A stretch of 64,000 bases of DNA from Candidatus Bathyarchaeota archaeon (GCA_029879735.1 JAOUPS010000001.1:18831-82830), one strand, 5' to 3'; counted from the first letter of the stretch, positions 46,141 through 54,913 are shown. Notes: a model not told the origin generated them from the sequence alone. Made by a program: numbers and translations.

Positions 46141-46148
46141 CGCGCGCG
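46141..46148. repeat. (CG)4 motif locus
   Basis: cttatatagaCGCGCGCGag, directly after a TATA-like box (46131-46138) upstream of the hydrolase gene. Confidence 0.9.
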
Positions 46149-46187
46149 AGAACGTGATTTGTAAGTGGGTCAAAAAGAGGGCAGAGT

Positions 46188-46787
46188 GTGCATATGCAAA
46201 TAAGTTTTAAGAGCAGGGGTGAGACGTTGGTTGCGACCCTTTATGGCACATCATCTGTTGGCGTTGTTCTTTGTCCACCACACCCTTTGTATGGTGGCAG
46301 CAGAAATGACACGAGAATTGTTAGAGTTGCCAAAGAACTAGCTTCGAATGACATCTCCGCTTTATGCATAGACTATGGAAGCTATGGTGAAGGTGTCAAA
46401 GAGGTTCAGAATGTTTTGGATGCAATTATGTTCATGCGGAGAAGAGTCAGTTCCTCGGGCTTGTTAGGATACTCTGTTGGTGCAGTGGTTGCCTCCAATG
46501 CAGCTGTTCAAGCCGAGATAGATGGTTTTGTTGCCATGTCAATTCTCCGGAAAGTGAATGGAATAGAGACGGACTTGAATTTTGACTGCCCAAAACTCTT
46601 CGTTCATGGGAAACGTGACAATGTAGCCCCATACTCAGAGTTCGAAAATCTTTACCTACAAGCAAGAGGAAGAAAAGAGAAGGTCGTTCTAGACACAGAC
46701 CATTTCTACATGGAAAACTATCCAACCATAATTGATCTGGCTTCCAAACATATACATAGATTCTTTGAAGAAGCATTCAGTAAATAG
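46188..46787 (+). CDS. alpha/beta-fold hydrolase (COG2945-like)
   Basis: Nucleophile elbow GYSVGA, HGKRD and DTDHF motifs in catalytic-triad order. Confidence 0.7.
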   Translation: MHMQISFKSRGETLVATLYGTSSVGVVLCPPHPLYGGSRNDTRIVRVAKELASNDISALCIDYGSYGEGVKEVQNVLDAIMFMRRRVSSSGLLGYSVGAVVASNAAVQAEIDGFVAMSILRKVNGIETDLNFDCPKLFVHGKRDNVAPYSEFENLYLQARGRKEKVVLDTDHFYMENYPTIIDLASKHIHRFFEEAFSK

Positions 46788-47182
46788 TCAGTTGTAAGTA
46801 ACTTAGAAGAACTCCAGTACACCATACCTTTGCGCGTGCGATCAAATCATGGAAACCATCAAAAGATATGGGCCTCTACGGAAAAAACAAATGAAATAGC
46901 TTGCGCGTCATTTCTAGGTACGCAAAATCAATAGAAGATTCTTCAACAAATCATAGAAACCTAATTAGCAAATTGTTTTGGTGGGTTAATTGAAAGAAGC
47001 TTATGGACTTGATAAAAATTCTGATTTGTTCTTGGGAGAGTTCAGGCAAGCGTAAATGAGACCTTGTTCATCGAGTTTTCAATTGAGACTTCTAGAGTGA
47101 GTGAATTAAGTCTTGCGAAGGGAAGGGGTTTGGGGAAGCCGTAGGTGTCCCTAGGAGAAGTGAAGTGAAGAAGAATAAAACT

Positions 47183-47190
47183 TTTATATG
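47183..47190 (+). promoter_or_regulatory. candidate TATA box for the Sm-like gene
   Basis: A purine-rich agaagaataaaa (BRE-like) is followed by ttttatat about 50 nt upstream of the ATG at 47240. Confidence 0.4.
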
Positions 47191-47239
47191 CAATGATAGT
47201 GTGGATATGGATAAATGAAGAGGAACTAAAGGTGCTTGG

Positions 47240-47476
47240 ATGGAACCTAGCAAAAAACCATTAAACGTGCTGGTTAAACAATTAAACGCCCATATTGCAG
47301 TCCTGCTGAAGAATGGCTGCGAATACAAGGGAAAAATGGTCAAATGTGACGGGCACATGAACATACTCTTAGAAGGAGCAACCGAATGCAGAAACGGCCA
47401 GCTGATCACCAATTATGGAAACGTCTTGTTGCGTGGAAACAACATACTCTGCATAATGTTGAATGTGCCTAGATAG
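47240..47476 (+). CDS. archaeal Sm-like (LSm) protein
   Basis: Sm1/Sm2 pattern VLLKNGCEYKGKMVKCDGHMNILLEGA ... VLLRGNNIL. An aggtg SD-like sequence lies 8 nt upstream of the ATG. Confidence 0.85.
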   Translation: MEPSKKPLNVLVKQLNAHIAVLLKNGCEYKGKMVKCDGHMNILLEGATECRNGQLITNYGNVLLRGNNILCIMLNVPR

Positions 47477-48407
47477 CTATTCTGCCCTTTCCTGTGACGT
47501 ACGCTAAGGCTTCCTTGAGTTCAGCCTTTAGCATATTCTTACGCTTAAAGAACAGCAGAATGTTTTTTACATCTCGTGTCAAAAGCTGTTGGGCGTTGGG
47601 ATGTTTCTTCGTTACGTATTGTGGCCAATCAATTATCAGGATGTGCCTATCAGGCTTCAAGATGACGTTGTATTCGCTTAAATCCGCGTGAATAACACCT
47701 GCTTTCAGATACGTCTTTCGGATGTTTCGTAATATTTCTTTTAGAACTTTTTTCGGCTCGGAGATTTCCTTGTATTCTGCAAGATCTGCTCCTTCAATCA
47801 TTCCCATCACTATGACGTGGCGGTTCTGGCTTATTGGTTTTGGAACGGCTACGCTATGTGGAAAGACAAGTTTTAAGGCTTGAAATTCTTTTTCTGCTGC
47901 AAGTCTGGACTGGAAAAGCCAGCTAGTATGCTCAGTTGTGTAGCCTCTTTTCCGTGTGGTTTGGCGAAAACTGATTCTGCCTAGTCTGTGAAATTTTACG
48001 GCTATTCTTTCCTCTTTTGGGTTTAATGCGTCATAAACGTCTGCTTCCTTACCCACTCCTAGGGATTTTCCAAAAGCCTCGAGTATTCCTGCCTTAACGA
48101 GTGCGTTTATTGCTAGGCAGTCGTATCCCGCATAGTTTAGTGTGTATCCTACGTAGGGGCCTCGCGTTTGGCGGATGAGGTGGAACTTGTTGAGGCGACT
48201 GAGCCTAAATGTTGCTTCTTCAGAGCTGAATTTGGTGAATCTTACAATCAATTCTTTTGGAACGAATTCATGTTTGCTCATGAGAGTCTCTATCACCTGC
48301 AATACTCTAAGGTCTTCGCTTTCCAGTTTACGAAACACTTGGACCGCAACTTCAGCCGATGACATAACATACATAAAATAGCTTATTTTGCTAATAAGAA
48401 GTTTCAT
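47469..48407 (-). CDS. rio2: RIO-type serine protein kinase Rio2 (N-terminal wHTH plus RIO domain)
   Basis: wHTH region LRVLQVIETLMSKHEFVP; GVGKEADVYDA, VKFHRLGRISFR, HADLSEYNVIL and IIDWPQ motifs. Confidence 0.85.
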   Translation of the reverse strand: MKLLISKISYFMYVMSSAEVAVQVFRKLESEDLRVLQVIETLMSKHEFVPKELIVRFTKFSSEEATFRLSRLNKFHLIRQTRGPYVGYTLNYAGYDCLAINALVKAGILEAFGKSLGVGKEADVYDALNPKEERIAVKFHRLGRISFRQTTRKRGYTTEHTSWLFQSRLAAEKEFQALKLVFPHSVAVPKPISQNRHVIVMGMIEGADLAEYKEISEPKKVLKEILRNIRKTYLKAGVIHADLSEYNVILKPDRHILIIDWPQYVTKKHPNAQQLLTRDVKNILLFFKRKNMLKAELKEALAYVTGKGRIAI

Positions 48408-48412
48408 TAAGC

Positions 48413-49618
48413 CTAAATTGTTACGGTTTTAGCTTCTCTAACCGATTCCTCAACCATTTCTTCTATGTCAAGCTGTTGCTCAGCCCTTTTCACAATTTCC
48501 AATCTTGCTTTAGTTGCAGGTTTTATAGGAGCTGCACTACATCCTTCAGTTTTTCTGGTTGAAATTTTAAAAGTACTGATTTTCTTTGCTAATTCTTCCG
48601 TTTCCAGTTTGTTGAAGCCTAAAAGTGGACGGTGCACCGGATATTTAGTGGCAATTTCGTTTAGAACTCTCAGGTTGTGCAGTGTTTGGCTTGCTTGTTC
48701 TCCGATGGCTTCGCCGGTTATTATGCCTTCAGCCCTCTCCGTTTCTGCGATTCGTTCAGCAACACGATACATCATGCGTTTACATAAGATACACGTTAGC
48801 TTTCTCGGGCTTTCCGTAACAAAGGTTTCAAGGTTTCTACAATGCGGCACAATGTACACTTTTCTTGAAAAGCCAATGGACCATTCGAAGAGTTTTCTGG
48901 CGACATCCAAGGCTTTGGCTGTTGCCGATTCATCCGTGAAGGGTGCAATATCAAAGTACATTGGAATGATGGGGCATCCGCGCTTCATTGCAAGCCAGCA
49001 AGCCACCGCCGAGTCTATCCCTCCACTCAACAAGCAGATAACTTTGGGTTGGGAACCAAGTGGAAAACCATCCACACCATGCAGAGTTTCAGCGAAGATA
49101 TAAGCATACTTGTCTCTAACCTCAACATTTACAGTGAACTGTGGATTTTTCAGATGTACCTGCAAATTTCGGTTCTTGAGCTGTTCCAAAATCTGTTTTC
49201 CAACCTCTTTGCAAACATCCATGCTTGAATATTGATGTTTTCCAACTCTGTGACAGCGAATCGCAAAACTGCTTCCATCTTTCAATATGGTGTCTGCTAA
49301 TTCAATAGCTCTCTGCACGATTTCATTCATGTCCGAAGTGGTTTCTATGGCTGGAGAAGCCGAAGAAACACCGAAAACTCGCGTTAGCTTTGAAGCGATT
49401 TCTTGAGCATTTTTTGTTTTTATGTAGATTCTGCCACGTTTGTGTATGAATTTCTCGTAAGGGATGCCGTGATGTTTTAAAGCTTTCTTGATATTCTTCA
49501 ACAATAGTTTCTCGTAAGCCCGTCTTGTCCATTCACCCTTAATGCCCATCTCTCCGCCAAAGCGAACGATAACTGAATCATATCTCACTTGATTTGACCA
49601 ACCTACAACAGATCTCAT
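48413..49618 (-). CDS. thiI: tRNA 4-thiouridine synthase ThiI (THUMP plus PP-loop)
   Basis: PP-loop LLSGGIDSAVA, N-terminal ferredoxin-like/THUMP region, and the GEAIGQ motif (GEAIGEQASQTL). Confidence 0.85.
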   Translation of the reverse strand: MRSVVGWSNQVRYDSVIVRFGGEMGIKGEWTRRAYEKLLLKNIKKALKHHGIPYEKFIHKRGRIYIKTKNAQEIASKLTRVFGVSSASPAIETTSDMNEIVQRAIELADTILKDGSSFAIRCHRVGKHQYSSMDVCKEVGKQILEQLKNRNLQVHLKNPQFTVNVEVRDKYAYIFAETLHGVDGFPLGSQPKVICLLSGGIDSAVACWLAMKRGCPIIPMYFDIAPFTDESATAKALDVARKLFEWSIGFSRKVYIVPHCRNLETFVTESPRKLTCILCKRMMYRVAERIAETERAEGIITGEAIGEQASQTLHNLRVLNEIATKYPVHRPLLGFNKLETEELAKKISTFKISTRKTEGCSAAPIKPATKARLEIVKRAEQQLDIEEMVEESVREAKTVTI

Positions 49619-49653
49619 AAAAGGCCCAATAAACTATTAAGATTATACTAAAA

Positions 49654-50553
49654 GTGTTTGCTCGTGAAAAACAAGCACAAAACAAAAATCATATGGTTAC
49701 TATAAAACTGCCTATGACCCCTCAAATTGAGATAACATTGCTTGGAACGGGCGGTGGGAGATTTGCAACAATCACTCAGAAGAGGCGTACTGCTGGAATC
49801 CACATAATCAGCGAAGATTTAAACTTTCATTTAGACCCTGGCCCTGGGGCACTGGTTTACTTGATTAGTGAAGGCTTAAACCCTCAGAAGCTTGACGCTG
49901 TTTTCGTTTCCCACTGTCACCCGGACCATTACACAGACGCTGAAGTTCTAATAGAAGCCATGACTAAAGGCACAACCAAGAAACGCGGAGTTTTAGTCGC
50001 TTCGAGGAGCGTCTTGCATGGTAATGAGATGAGATTTGGCGCTGCGGTTTCTAAGTATCATCAGCAAATGCCCGAACGCGTAATTGAGGCTTTACCAGAC
50101 ACGAATTTTCAAGTTGGCAACATCAACGTTTTGGTGACTGAAGCAAGACACACGGACCCTGACACTGTGGGCTTCAGATTTGAAACCTCAGAATTTGGAA
50201 GTTTTGCCTATACAAGCGATACAGAATATTTTGAAGGTGTAAGCAAATACTATGGAGGCGTAAGGCTTCTCATATTATGCGTGATGAGGCCATCTGGAAA
50301 ACCATGGAAAGGACACATGACAACAAACGACGCGATAAAAATCATCGAGCGAGCACACCCAGAACAAGCCGTTTTGACACATTTTGGAATGCAAATGATA
50401 TTTAAAGGACCAGCAAAAGAGGCAGGACTGATTGAAGAAGAAACAGGTGTTCCAACAATTGCCGCTAGGGATGGAATACGAATAAAATTCGGAGAAACGA
50501 TAAGCGTGCAAACCAGCAGGAAAGCCCAGCAAGGCTTGAACAGATTCTTCTAA
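49654..50553 (+). CDS. MBL-fold metallo-hydrolase
   Basis: SHCHPDH motif and TLLGTGGG N-terminus. The true start is probably the internal Met (MVTIKLPM). Confidence 0.8.
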   Translation: MFAREKQAQNKNHMVTIKLPMTPQIEITLLGTGGGRFATITQKRRTAGIHIISEDLNFHLDPGPGALVYLISEGLNPQKLDAVFVSHCHPDHYTDAEVLIEAMTKGTTKKRGVLVASRSVLHGNEMRFGAAVSKYHQQMPERVIEALPDTNFQVGNINVLVTEARHTDPDTVGFRFETSEFGSFAYTSDTEYFEGVSKYYGGVRLLILCVMRPSGKPWKGHMTTNDAIKIIERAHPEQAVLTHFGMQMIFKGPAKEAGLIEEETGVPTIAARDGIRIKFGETISVQTSRKAQQGLNRFF

Positions 50554-50603
50554 AGAATTTTAACTTGTAAGTTGTATAATATGCATGAAAGGGATGTAAT
50601 GGC

Positions 50604-51278
50604 ATGCGGCTTGTGTTGCGAATAGGCGGCTCTGTTATAGCTTCACCGGTTAATCCAGCCTTAATCAATAGGTACGCAGACTTATTGAAGGATTTGAAGG
50701 AGCAGGGACACGAAGTGGCTGTTGTTGTCGGAGGTGGCGCCCTAGCAAGAGAGTTCATCAGTGTTTCAAAGGATTTAGGACTTGACGAAAGAGCTCAGGA
50801 TGAAGTTGCAATTTCTGTTTCAAGGATTTTCGCTCAGCTTTTTCTCCAGAAACTCGGAGAGCTAGGCTGCAGGGCTGTTCCATTAAGGATTGAGGATGCT
50901 GTAAAATGTCTACGTGAAGGAAAAATCACAGTTATGGGCGGCTTAAAACCCGGCATGACCACAGACACGGTCGCGGCGTTGATTGTTGAACAAGTAAATG
51001 CTGAATTGCTCATAAAAGCCACAGATCAAGAAGGCATCTACGACAAAGACCCTAGAAAACACGTTGACGCCGTTAAACTTGAACATCTAAGTTTTGACGA
51101 TCTATCCCGTGTGTTCGCTGAAGACAAGCACAAGGCTGGAATACATCAGATCCTTGATCCGGAAGCAGTTAAGATTCTTAAAGAAGAACGGGTTAGAATC
51201 ATCGTTGTTAACGGGTTTAAGCCTGAGAATGTTTTGGCTGTTGCTAAGGGAGAAAAAGTTGGGACGTTAATCATGTAG
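50604..51278 (+). CDS. pyrH: UMP kinase, archaeal type
   Basis: VLRIGGSVIASP, VVVGGGALAREF and GMTTDTVAALIVE motifs. Confidence 0.9.
   Translation: MRLVLRIGGSVIASPVNPALINRYADLLKDLKEQGHEVAVVVGGGALAREFISVSKDLGLDERAQDEVAISVSRIFAQLFLQKLGELGCRAVPLRIEDAVKCLREGKITVMGGLKPGMTTDTVAALIVEQVNAELLIKATDQEGIYDKDPRKHVDAVKLEHLSFDDLSRVFAEDKHKAGIHQILDPEAVKILKEERVRIIVVNGFKPENVLAVAKGEKVGTLIM
51263..51277. repeat. direct repeat copy 1 (GACGTTAATCATGTA), last codons of pyrH
   Basis: Exact 15-mer repeated at 53583-53597. The similarity extends to about 24 nt with 3 mismatches. Confidence 0.85.
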
Positions 51279-51288
51279 CGTGTGCTGT

Positions 51289-51298
51289 GCGCGCGCTA
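51289..51298. repeat. (GC)4-TA motif locus
   Basis: gtGCGCGCGCTAac, 11 nt after the pyrH stop. Confidence 0.9.
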
Positions 51299-51307
51299 AC
51301 TTTTGCA

Positions 51308-51406
51308 TTGAAGCCGGAGGAGAAGGCAGATCTTGAAGCTATCGTTAGAAGGCTGGAACCAAAAATCGAGCCAGCAGTTGGGAAGGTTAAGGAGAGAAAA
51401 AATTGA
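51308..51406 (+). CDS. mini-ORF (32 aa), possible gene fragment
   Basis: TTG-KPEEKADLEAIVRRLEPKIEPAVGKVKERKN. It begins 10 nt after the GCGCGCGCTA tract and overlaps the next mini-ORF by 4 nt. Confidence 0.2.
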   Translation: MKPEEKADLEAIVRRLEPKIEPAVGKVKERKN

Positions 51407-51543
51407 GCAAGAAAGAGAAGATCGAGTTTGAAGAAGTTACACTTAAAATTCCTAAGCTCGTCATGGATTTTCTACGCAAACACGAGAAACGCCTGGAAGA
51501 AGGAACCGCGCGCGCGTGGCCGAGTAAGTTTAAACGTGTTTAA
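51403..51543 (+). CDS. mini-ORF (46 aa), possible 5-prime fragment of a larger gene
   Basis: TTG-SKKEKIEFEEVTLKIPKLVMDFLRKHEKRLEEGT, then the coding-like sequence runs into the (CG)5 tract at 51507-51516. Confidence 0.2.
   Translation: MSKKEKIEFEEVTLKIPKLVMDFLRKHEKRLEEGTARAWPSKFKRV
51507..51516. repeat. (CG)5 motif locus
   Basis: aacCGCGCGCGCGtgg, interrupting a coding-like mini-ORF. Confidence 0.9.
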
Positions 51544-51615
51544 ACAACGTGGTTTTTCTACCATGTAGCGCGGGCACATAGGTATGAAATAATTCCTTTT
51601 TTTATGTATCCATAT

Positions 51616-52080
51616 TTACCCAAAACTTATTGTGAAAGTTTGTTTTGGTCCATCAAATAACACAGAACAATGTTTTAGAGCGTCCATTCCTAAGAGTTCC
51701 CTTTTCCTGTTCCCGCACATAACCAATATTGCAGTTTTCCCTGGAGGTGGAAAGGTATATGTATCAATCTTATGTATGTATGCGGCACAGACATAAGCAG
51801 GGATTTTGCTGCCATCAGCCAGAGTTATGTTTGTAATACTGGGTTCAACGCCTATGGTTTGTGCATCTGATCTGTACCAATGCGGAACCAAAATCCCGCC
51901 ATCAAAGCCGGTGTCAATCCTACATTCAAAGTCCAAAGGAGTTCGGCGCATATTTTGTGGGTTTTGAATAGCACCTACTATTCTTACATTTGCTGATTTA
52001 TTCTTGTACCTTTTATTTATCGTAATTGTTCTTTCTGTCAAGTTCTCCAACCTGAAAAAGATTCTGAACCAGCTTCCCAA
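51616..52080 (-). CDS. retropepsin-like clan AA aspartic protease (AF_0612-like), second copy of the family
   Basis: CRIDTGFDGGILVP catalytic DTG motif in 154 aa. The TTG start overlaps the upstream ORF by 43 nt. Confidence 0.65.
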   Translation of the reverse strand: MGSWFRIFFRLENLTERTITINKRYKNKSANVRIVGAIQNPQNMRRTPLDFECRIDTGFDGGILVPHWYRSDAQTIGVEPSITNITLADGSKIPAYVCAAYIHKIDTYTFPPPGKTAILVMCGNRKRELLGMDALKHCSVLFDGPKQTFTISFG

Positions 52081-52562
52081 ACAATAACAGGCATATCAAA
52101 TCTTTTTCCTTGGATTCTTAGCAACAGATCAATTTCGGTATCCGCAGAGTCAACAATACGCCCATCAAACTTCATAGCAATGAATGCCCTTGGCTTTACC
52201 TGATAAAAATCAATAGATATCTTTGCTATCTGTTCGATCAGTTCAACCATCTCTTCTCTTTTCAGTTGCGTTCTCCTCATACTAGCAAGTTTCTGAAGCA
52301 ATCTTGGTGGTAACCATGGTTTAGGTGGCCTATTGAAACCAAGACGTATTCTTTGTTCAAATGAAAATGGAATGTCTTCCCTAGTGGGTTCAGTTTTTGA
52401 AATGTCCTCTTTACTAAGGTCAAATTTTGGTTTAGGTATCGTTCCAGATTGTGATCCAGGAGTTGAAGAGGGGTAAGATATAGTTTCTTCTTCCTCTTTG
52501 AATATCGTTTGTTGATAACTTTCAGATACTTCGGGAATAACTGTAAGTGCCACAAGGTTCAC
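52038..52562 (-). CDS. hypothetical protein with a low-complexity N-terminus and a DUF5678-like C-terminal segment
   Basis: The C-terminus AFIAMKFDGRIVDSADTEIDLLLRIQGK..PVIVWEAG resembles at pattern level the partner of the other aspartic protease (39886..40167). Its start overlaps the stop of the upstream ORF by 4 nt. Confidence 0.5.
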   Translation of the reverse strand: MNLVALTVIPEVSESYQQTIFKEEEETISYPSSTPGSQSGTIPKPKFDLSKEDISKTEPTREDIPFSFEQRIRLGFNRPPKPWLPPRLLQKLASMRRTQLKREEMVELIEQIAKISIDFYQVKPRAFIAMKFDGRIVDSADTEIDLLLRIQGKRFDMPVIVWEAGSESFSGWRT

Positions 52563-53206
52563 CTATCAATAAGACCAATAACCTTTGCCATCCTTTCCTC
52601 GAAAGATTCTACAAATTTCCTTGTTTTAACTCTATCGCTGTTTCTGAAAACAACACTTATAACATACGAATCATTCCTCTCAAAGTTCGGTCTGACCGTT
52701 ATATCAAACCAATTTTCTGAATTTACTCTTAAATCAGCGCCGCCAAATCTAAGTCCAAAAGGCCAAATTTTCTCGTCCATTATCTTTTCAAGGTCATCGA
52801 AGATTGAAAATCTAAGGGCTTTTGCAATCGTTTTGTAAGCTTGCTTTTTTGTTGGAAATTCATATGTCGCAACAAAACTATAAAATCGTGCAATGTCATT
52901 AACATCAACATCATGATCTTCTTTTAAGATATTAGCAATTTCATCGAAACAGGTTAGGGCAGATTTGATAGAAATATCTACGATTGTCAAAAACTGTGCG
53001 CTCGTATCAACCTGTATGACGGTTTTTCCTTTGCGAGCTATTTCGCCTGTACCCGTCATCCTTCCCGGGGGGCGTGGAAATGGAAGCGCAGGGCTGATTT
53101 CGTAACCTTTTTTTTCTAAACTCTCAACTATTTCTTCAAAAGTCAGCGGATACAGAATCGTATTGAAGCCTATGCCATAAGTGACTGACAGAGGTTTATA
53201 TCTCAT
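52559..53206 (-). CDS. hypothetical protein (215 aa), first gene of the three-gene operon
   Basis: A strong SD-like agaggggg sequence lies 5 nt upstream of the ATG, with A/T-rich TATA-like boxes further upstream. No recognisable family motif. Confidence 0.55.
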   Translation of the reverse strand: MRYKPLSVTYGIGFNTILYPLTFEEIVESLEKKGYEISPALPFPRPPGRMTGTGEIARKGKTVIQVDTSAQFLTIVDISIKSALTCFDEIANILKEDHDVDVNDIARFYSFVATYEFPTKKQAYKTIAKALRFSIFDDLEKIMDEKIWPFGLRFGGADLRVNSENWFDITVRPNFERNDSYVISVVFRNSDRVKTRKFVESFEERMAKVIGLIDR

Positions 53207-53244
53207 TTTTCCCCCTCTTCATTTATATATACTCTTTCGATTGC

Positions 53245-53257
53245 TTATATTTTAATA
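53245..53257 (-). promoter_or_regulatory. candidate TATA box for the 53206..51616 operon
   Basis: The minus strand reads ttaaaatataagc about 40-50 nt upstream of the ATG at 53206. Confidence 0.3.
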
Positions 53258-53310
53258 TGGCGTGTGGTAAGTACCGACCACCACCGCTAAATTGTTCTTT
53301 GAGGGCCTTC

Positions 53311-53319
53311 CGCGCGCGC
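53311..53319. repeat. (CG)4C motif locus
   Basis: ttcCGCGCGCGCtcta, upstream of the three-gene operon. Confidence 0.9.
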
Positions 53320-53582
53320 TCTATCGATGGCGTCATCTAATCTTACAATTCCCCTTCTTTTTTCTGTTTTCTTGTAATATCAAGCCACATAGAACTATCT
53401 TCTATAATAGAAATCCATATTTTATGGTTAAATCTGGTGATTTATGATATTGTAACGTATTACCGGACTGTCGCGCACGCACACAAAGGAGCCGAAGACA
53501 TCTGGATTCTTTCTATGGGGTTCATGGAAGTTTAAAAGCGAACCACGTATGGGCTATAGGTGATTAATGTCACGTAGGCATA

Positions 53583-53597
53583 GACGTTAATCATGTA
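53583..53597. repeat. direct repeat copy 2 (GACGTTAATCATGTA)
   Basis: Exact copy of 51263-51277, located just upstream of the PadR promoter. Confidence 0.85.
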
Positions 53598-53629
53598 ATG
53601 TGTTCTCGTTCAACACTTTCGAGGCAACG

Positions 53630-53663
53630 TTTATATATCATAGTTGATATCAAATGCGATATC
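53630..53663 (+). promoter_or_regulatory. candidate PadR promoter (TATA tttatata) plus tandem GATATC operator-like repeats
   Basis: tttatata lies at 53630-53637. GATATC lies at 53646-53651 and 53658-53663, spanning the expected transcription start. The ATG is at 53676. Confidence 0.4.
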
Positions 53664-53675
53664 ACTGGTGATAAC

Positions 53676-54236
53676 ATGTTTGCTCTTCCGCCACCACCCC
53701 CATTCCGGCATTGGATGAGACATACTGCAAGTGTTCCAAAGGGATTTCTAAGATACTATGTGCTTAAACTCTTGAAAGAGAAGCCCATGTCTGGATCTGA
53801 GATCATCGTTGAAATTGAAAGGGAAACGGATGGACGATGGAAACCAAGTCCAGGCTCAATCTATCCCCTTCTGGCATGGCTTCACGACAAGGACTACATA
53901 AAAGAGCTACCGAAGGAGGAGGGCGGGATAAAACGTTACATGCTTACGGAGCAAGGTAAAAAATTCTTTGAAGAACAGGTGAAACTCAAAGAAAAACTGC
54001 AGAAAAAGTTAGAGTTCTTAGCACCTCCATTCTTCGGCGGATTCTGGCTTAGCGCTCATCCTGAGAGACTGCGTGAACTTCGAGAACCTGTTAGACGATT
54101 TGCTAGAGCAATTTTCAGTCTTAGAACAGCTTTTCAGGAGAATTTTACAGAGCAAGCCTTAAAAGAGGTTAAGGAATTGTTGAACAGCACCACTGAAAAA
54201 ATTGAGGAAATAAGTAAAAGAATTAAAAGAGGATGA
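53676..54236 (+). CDS. PadR-family transcriptional regulator
   Basis: YYVLKLLKEKPMSGSEIIVEIERETDGRWKPSPGSIYPLLAWLHDKDYI wHTH signature. The track ORF starts at 53598, but the TATA box lies inside that extension, so Met-27 (53676) is preferred. Confidence 0.8.
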   Translation: MFALPPPPPFRHWMRHTASVPKGFLRYYVLKLLKEKPMSGSEIIVEIERETDGRWKPSPGSIYPLLAWLHDKDYIKELPKEEGGIKRYMLTEQGKKFFEEQVKLKEKLQKKLEFLAPPFFGGFWLSAHPERLRELREPVRRFARAIFSLRTAFQENFTEQALKEVKELLNSTTEKIEEISKRIKRG

Positions 54237-54913
54237 TAAGTGTGACGACACCTGTTGTTGAAAGAACGAACGTTAAGAAAACTTACATGCTTGGAAAGGT
54301 TCCAGTAAACGCTTTACAAGGCGTAAATTTGAAAGTTGAAAAGGGCGATTTCGTTGCGATCTCTGGTCCATCTGGCAGCGGTAAGTCCACGCTTCTAAAC
54401 ATGATTGGCGCATTAGACAAGCCGACAGAAGGAAAAGTCTTCATAGAAGGTGTTAACGTTTCCACGTTAAATGACAATGGACTGGCGGATTTAAGGCGGA
54501 GGATAGGATTTGTATTTCAATTCTTCAACCTTATTCCACGGCTCACTGCGAGAGGAAATGTTGAATTAACAATGTCTATAACCGGTTTAGGCAGAGATGA
54601 AAGAAGAAAACGCGCTGAAGGGCTTCTGGAAACAGTAGGCTTGAAGGAAAGAGTGAATCATAAGCCAGCTGAACTCAGCGGCGGTGAACGTCAACGTGTG
54701 GCAATTGCCAGAGCCTTAGCAAACAATCCAAAATTTCTCCTAATGGATGAACCCACAGGAAACATAGACTCAAAAACTGCAAAAGAAATAATAGAGCTGG
54801 TCATGCGGTTAAATGAGGAGAAAGGCGCAACCATAATAATTGTTACACACGACCAGCAAATAGCATCACAAGCGAAGAGAACGGTGCAGATGCTTGACGG
54901 CTTGATAGTCTAG
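54233..54913 (+). CDS. ABC transporter ATP-binding protein (MacB/LolD-type)
   Basis: Walker A GPSGSGKST, signature LSGGERQR, Walker B LLMDEPTGN. Confidence 0.9.
   Translation: MISVTTPVVERTNVKKTYMLGKVPVNALQGVNLKVEKGDFVAISGPSGSGKSTLLNMIGALDKPTEGKVFIEGVNVSTLNDNGLADLRRRIGFVFQFFNLIPRLTARGNVELTMSITGLGRDERRKRAEGLLETVGLKERVNHKPAELSGGERQRVAIARALANNPKFLLMDEPTGNIDSKTAKEIIELVMRLNEEKGATIIIVTHDQQIASQAKRTVQMLDGLIV

Noticed and set aside
47092-47412. 106-aa minus-strand ORF overlapping the Sm-like gene and its promoter
   Set aside because: It is opposite a well-supported Sm gene that has TATA and SD signals. Its composition is non-protein-like.
52038-52080. Programmed ribosomal frameshift fusing the 174-aa ORF to the aspartic protease (gag-pro-like)
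   Set aside because: The protease frame is +1 relative to the upstream ORF. The overlap contains only a weak U-rich run (tctttttca), not a canonical X XXY YYZ heptamer. A TTG start with translational coupling explains the arrangement more simply.
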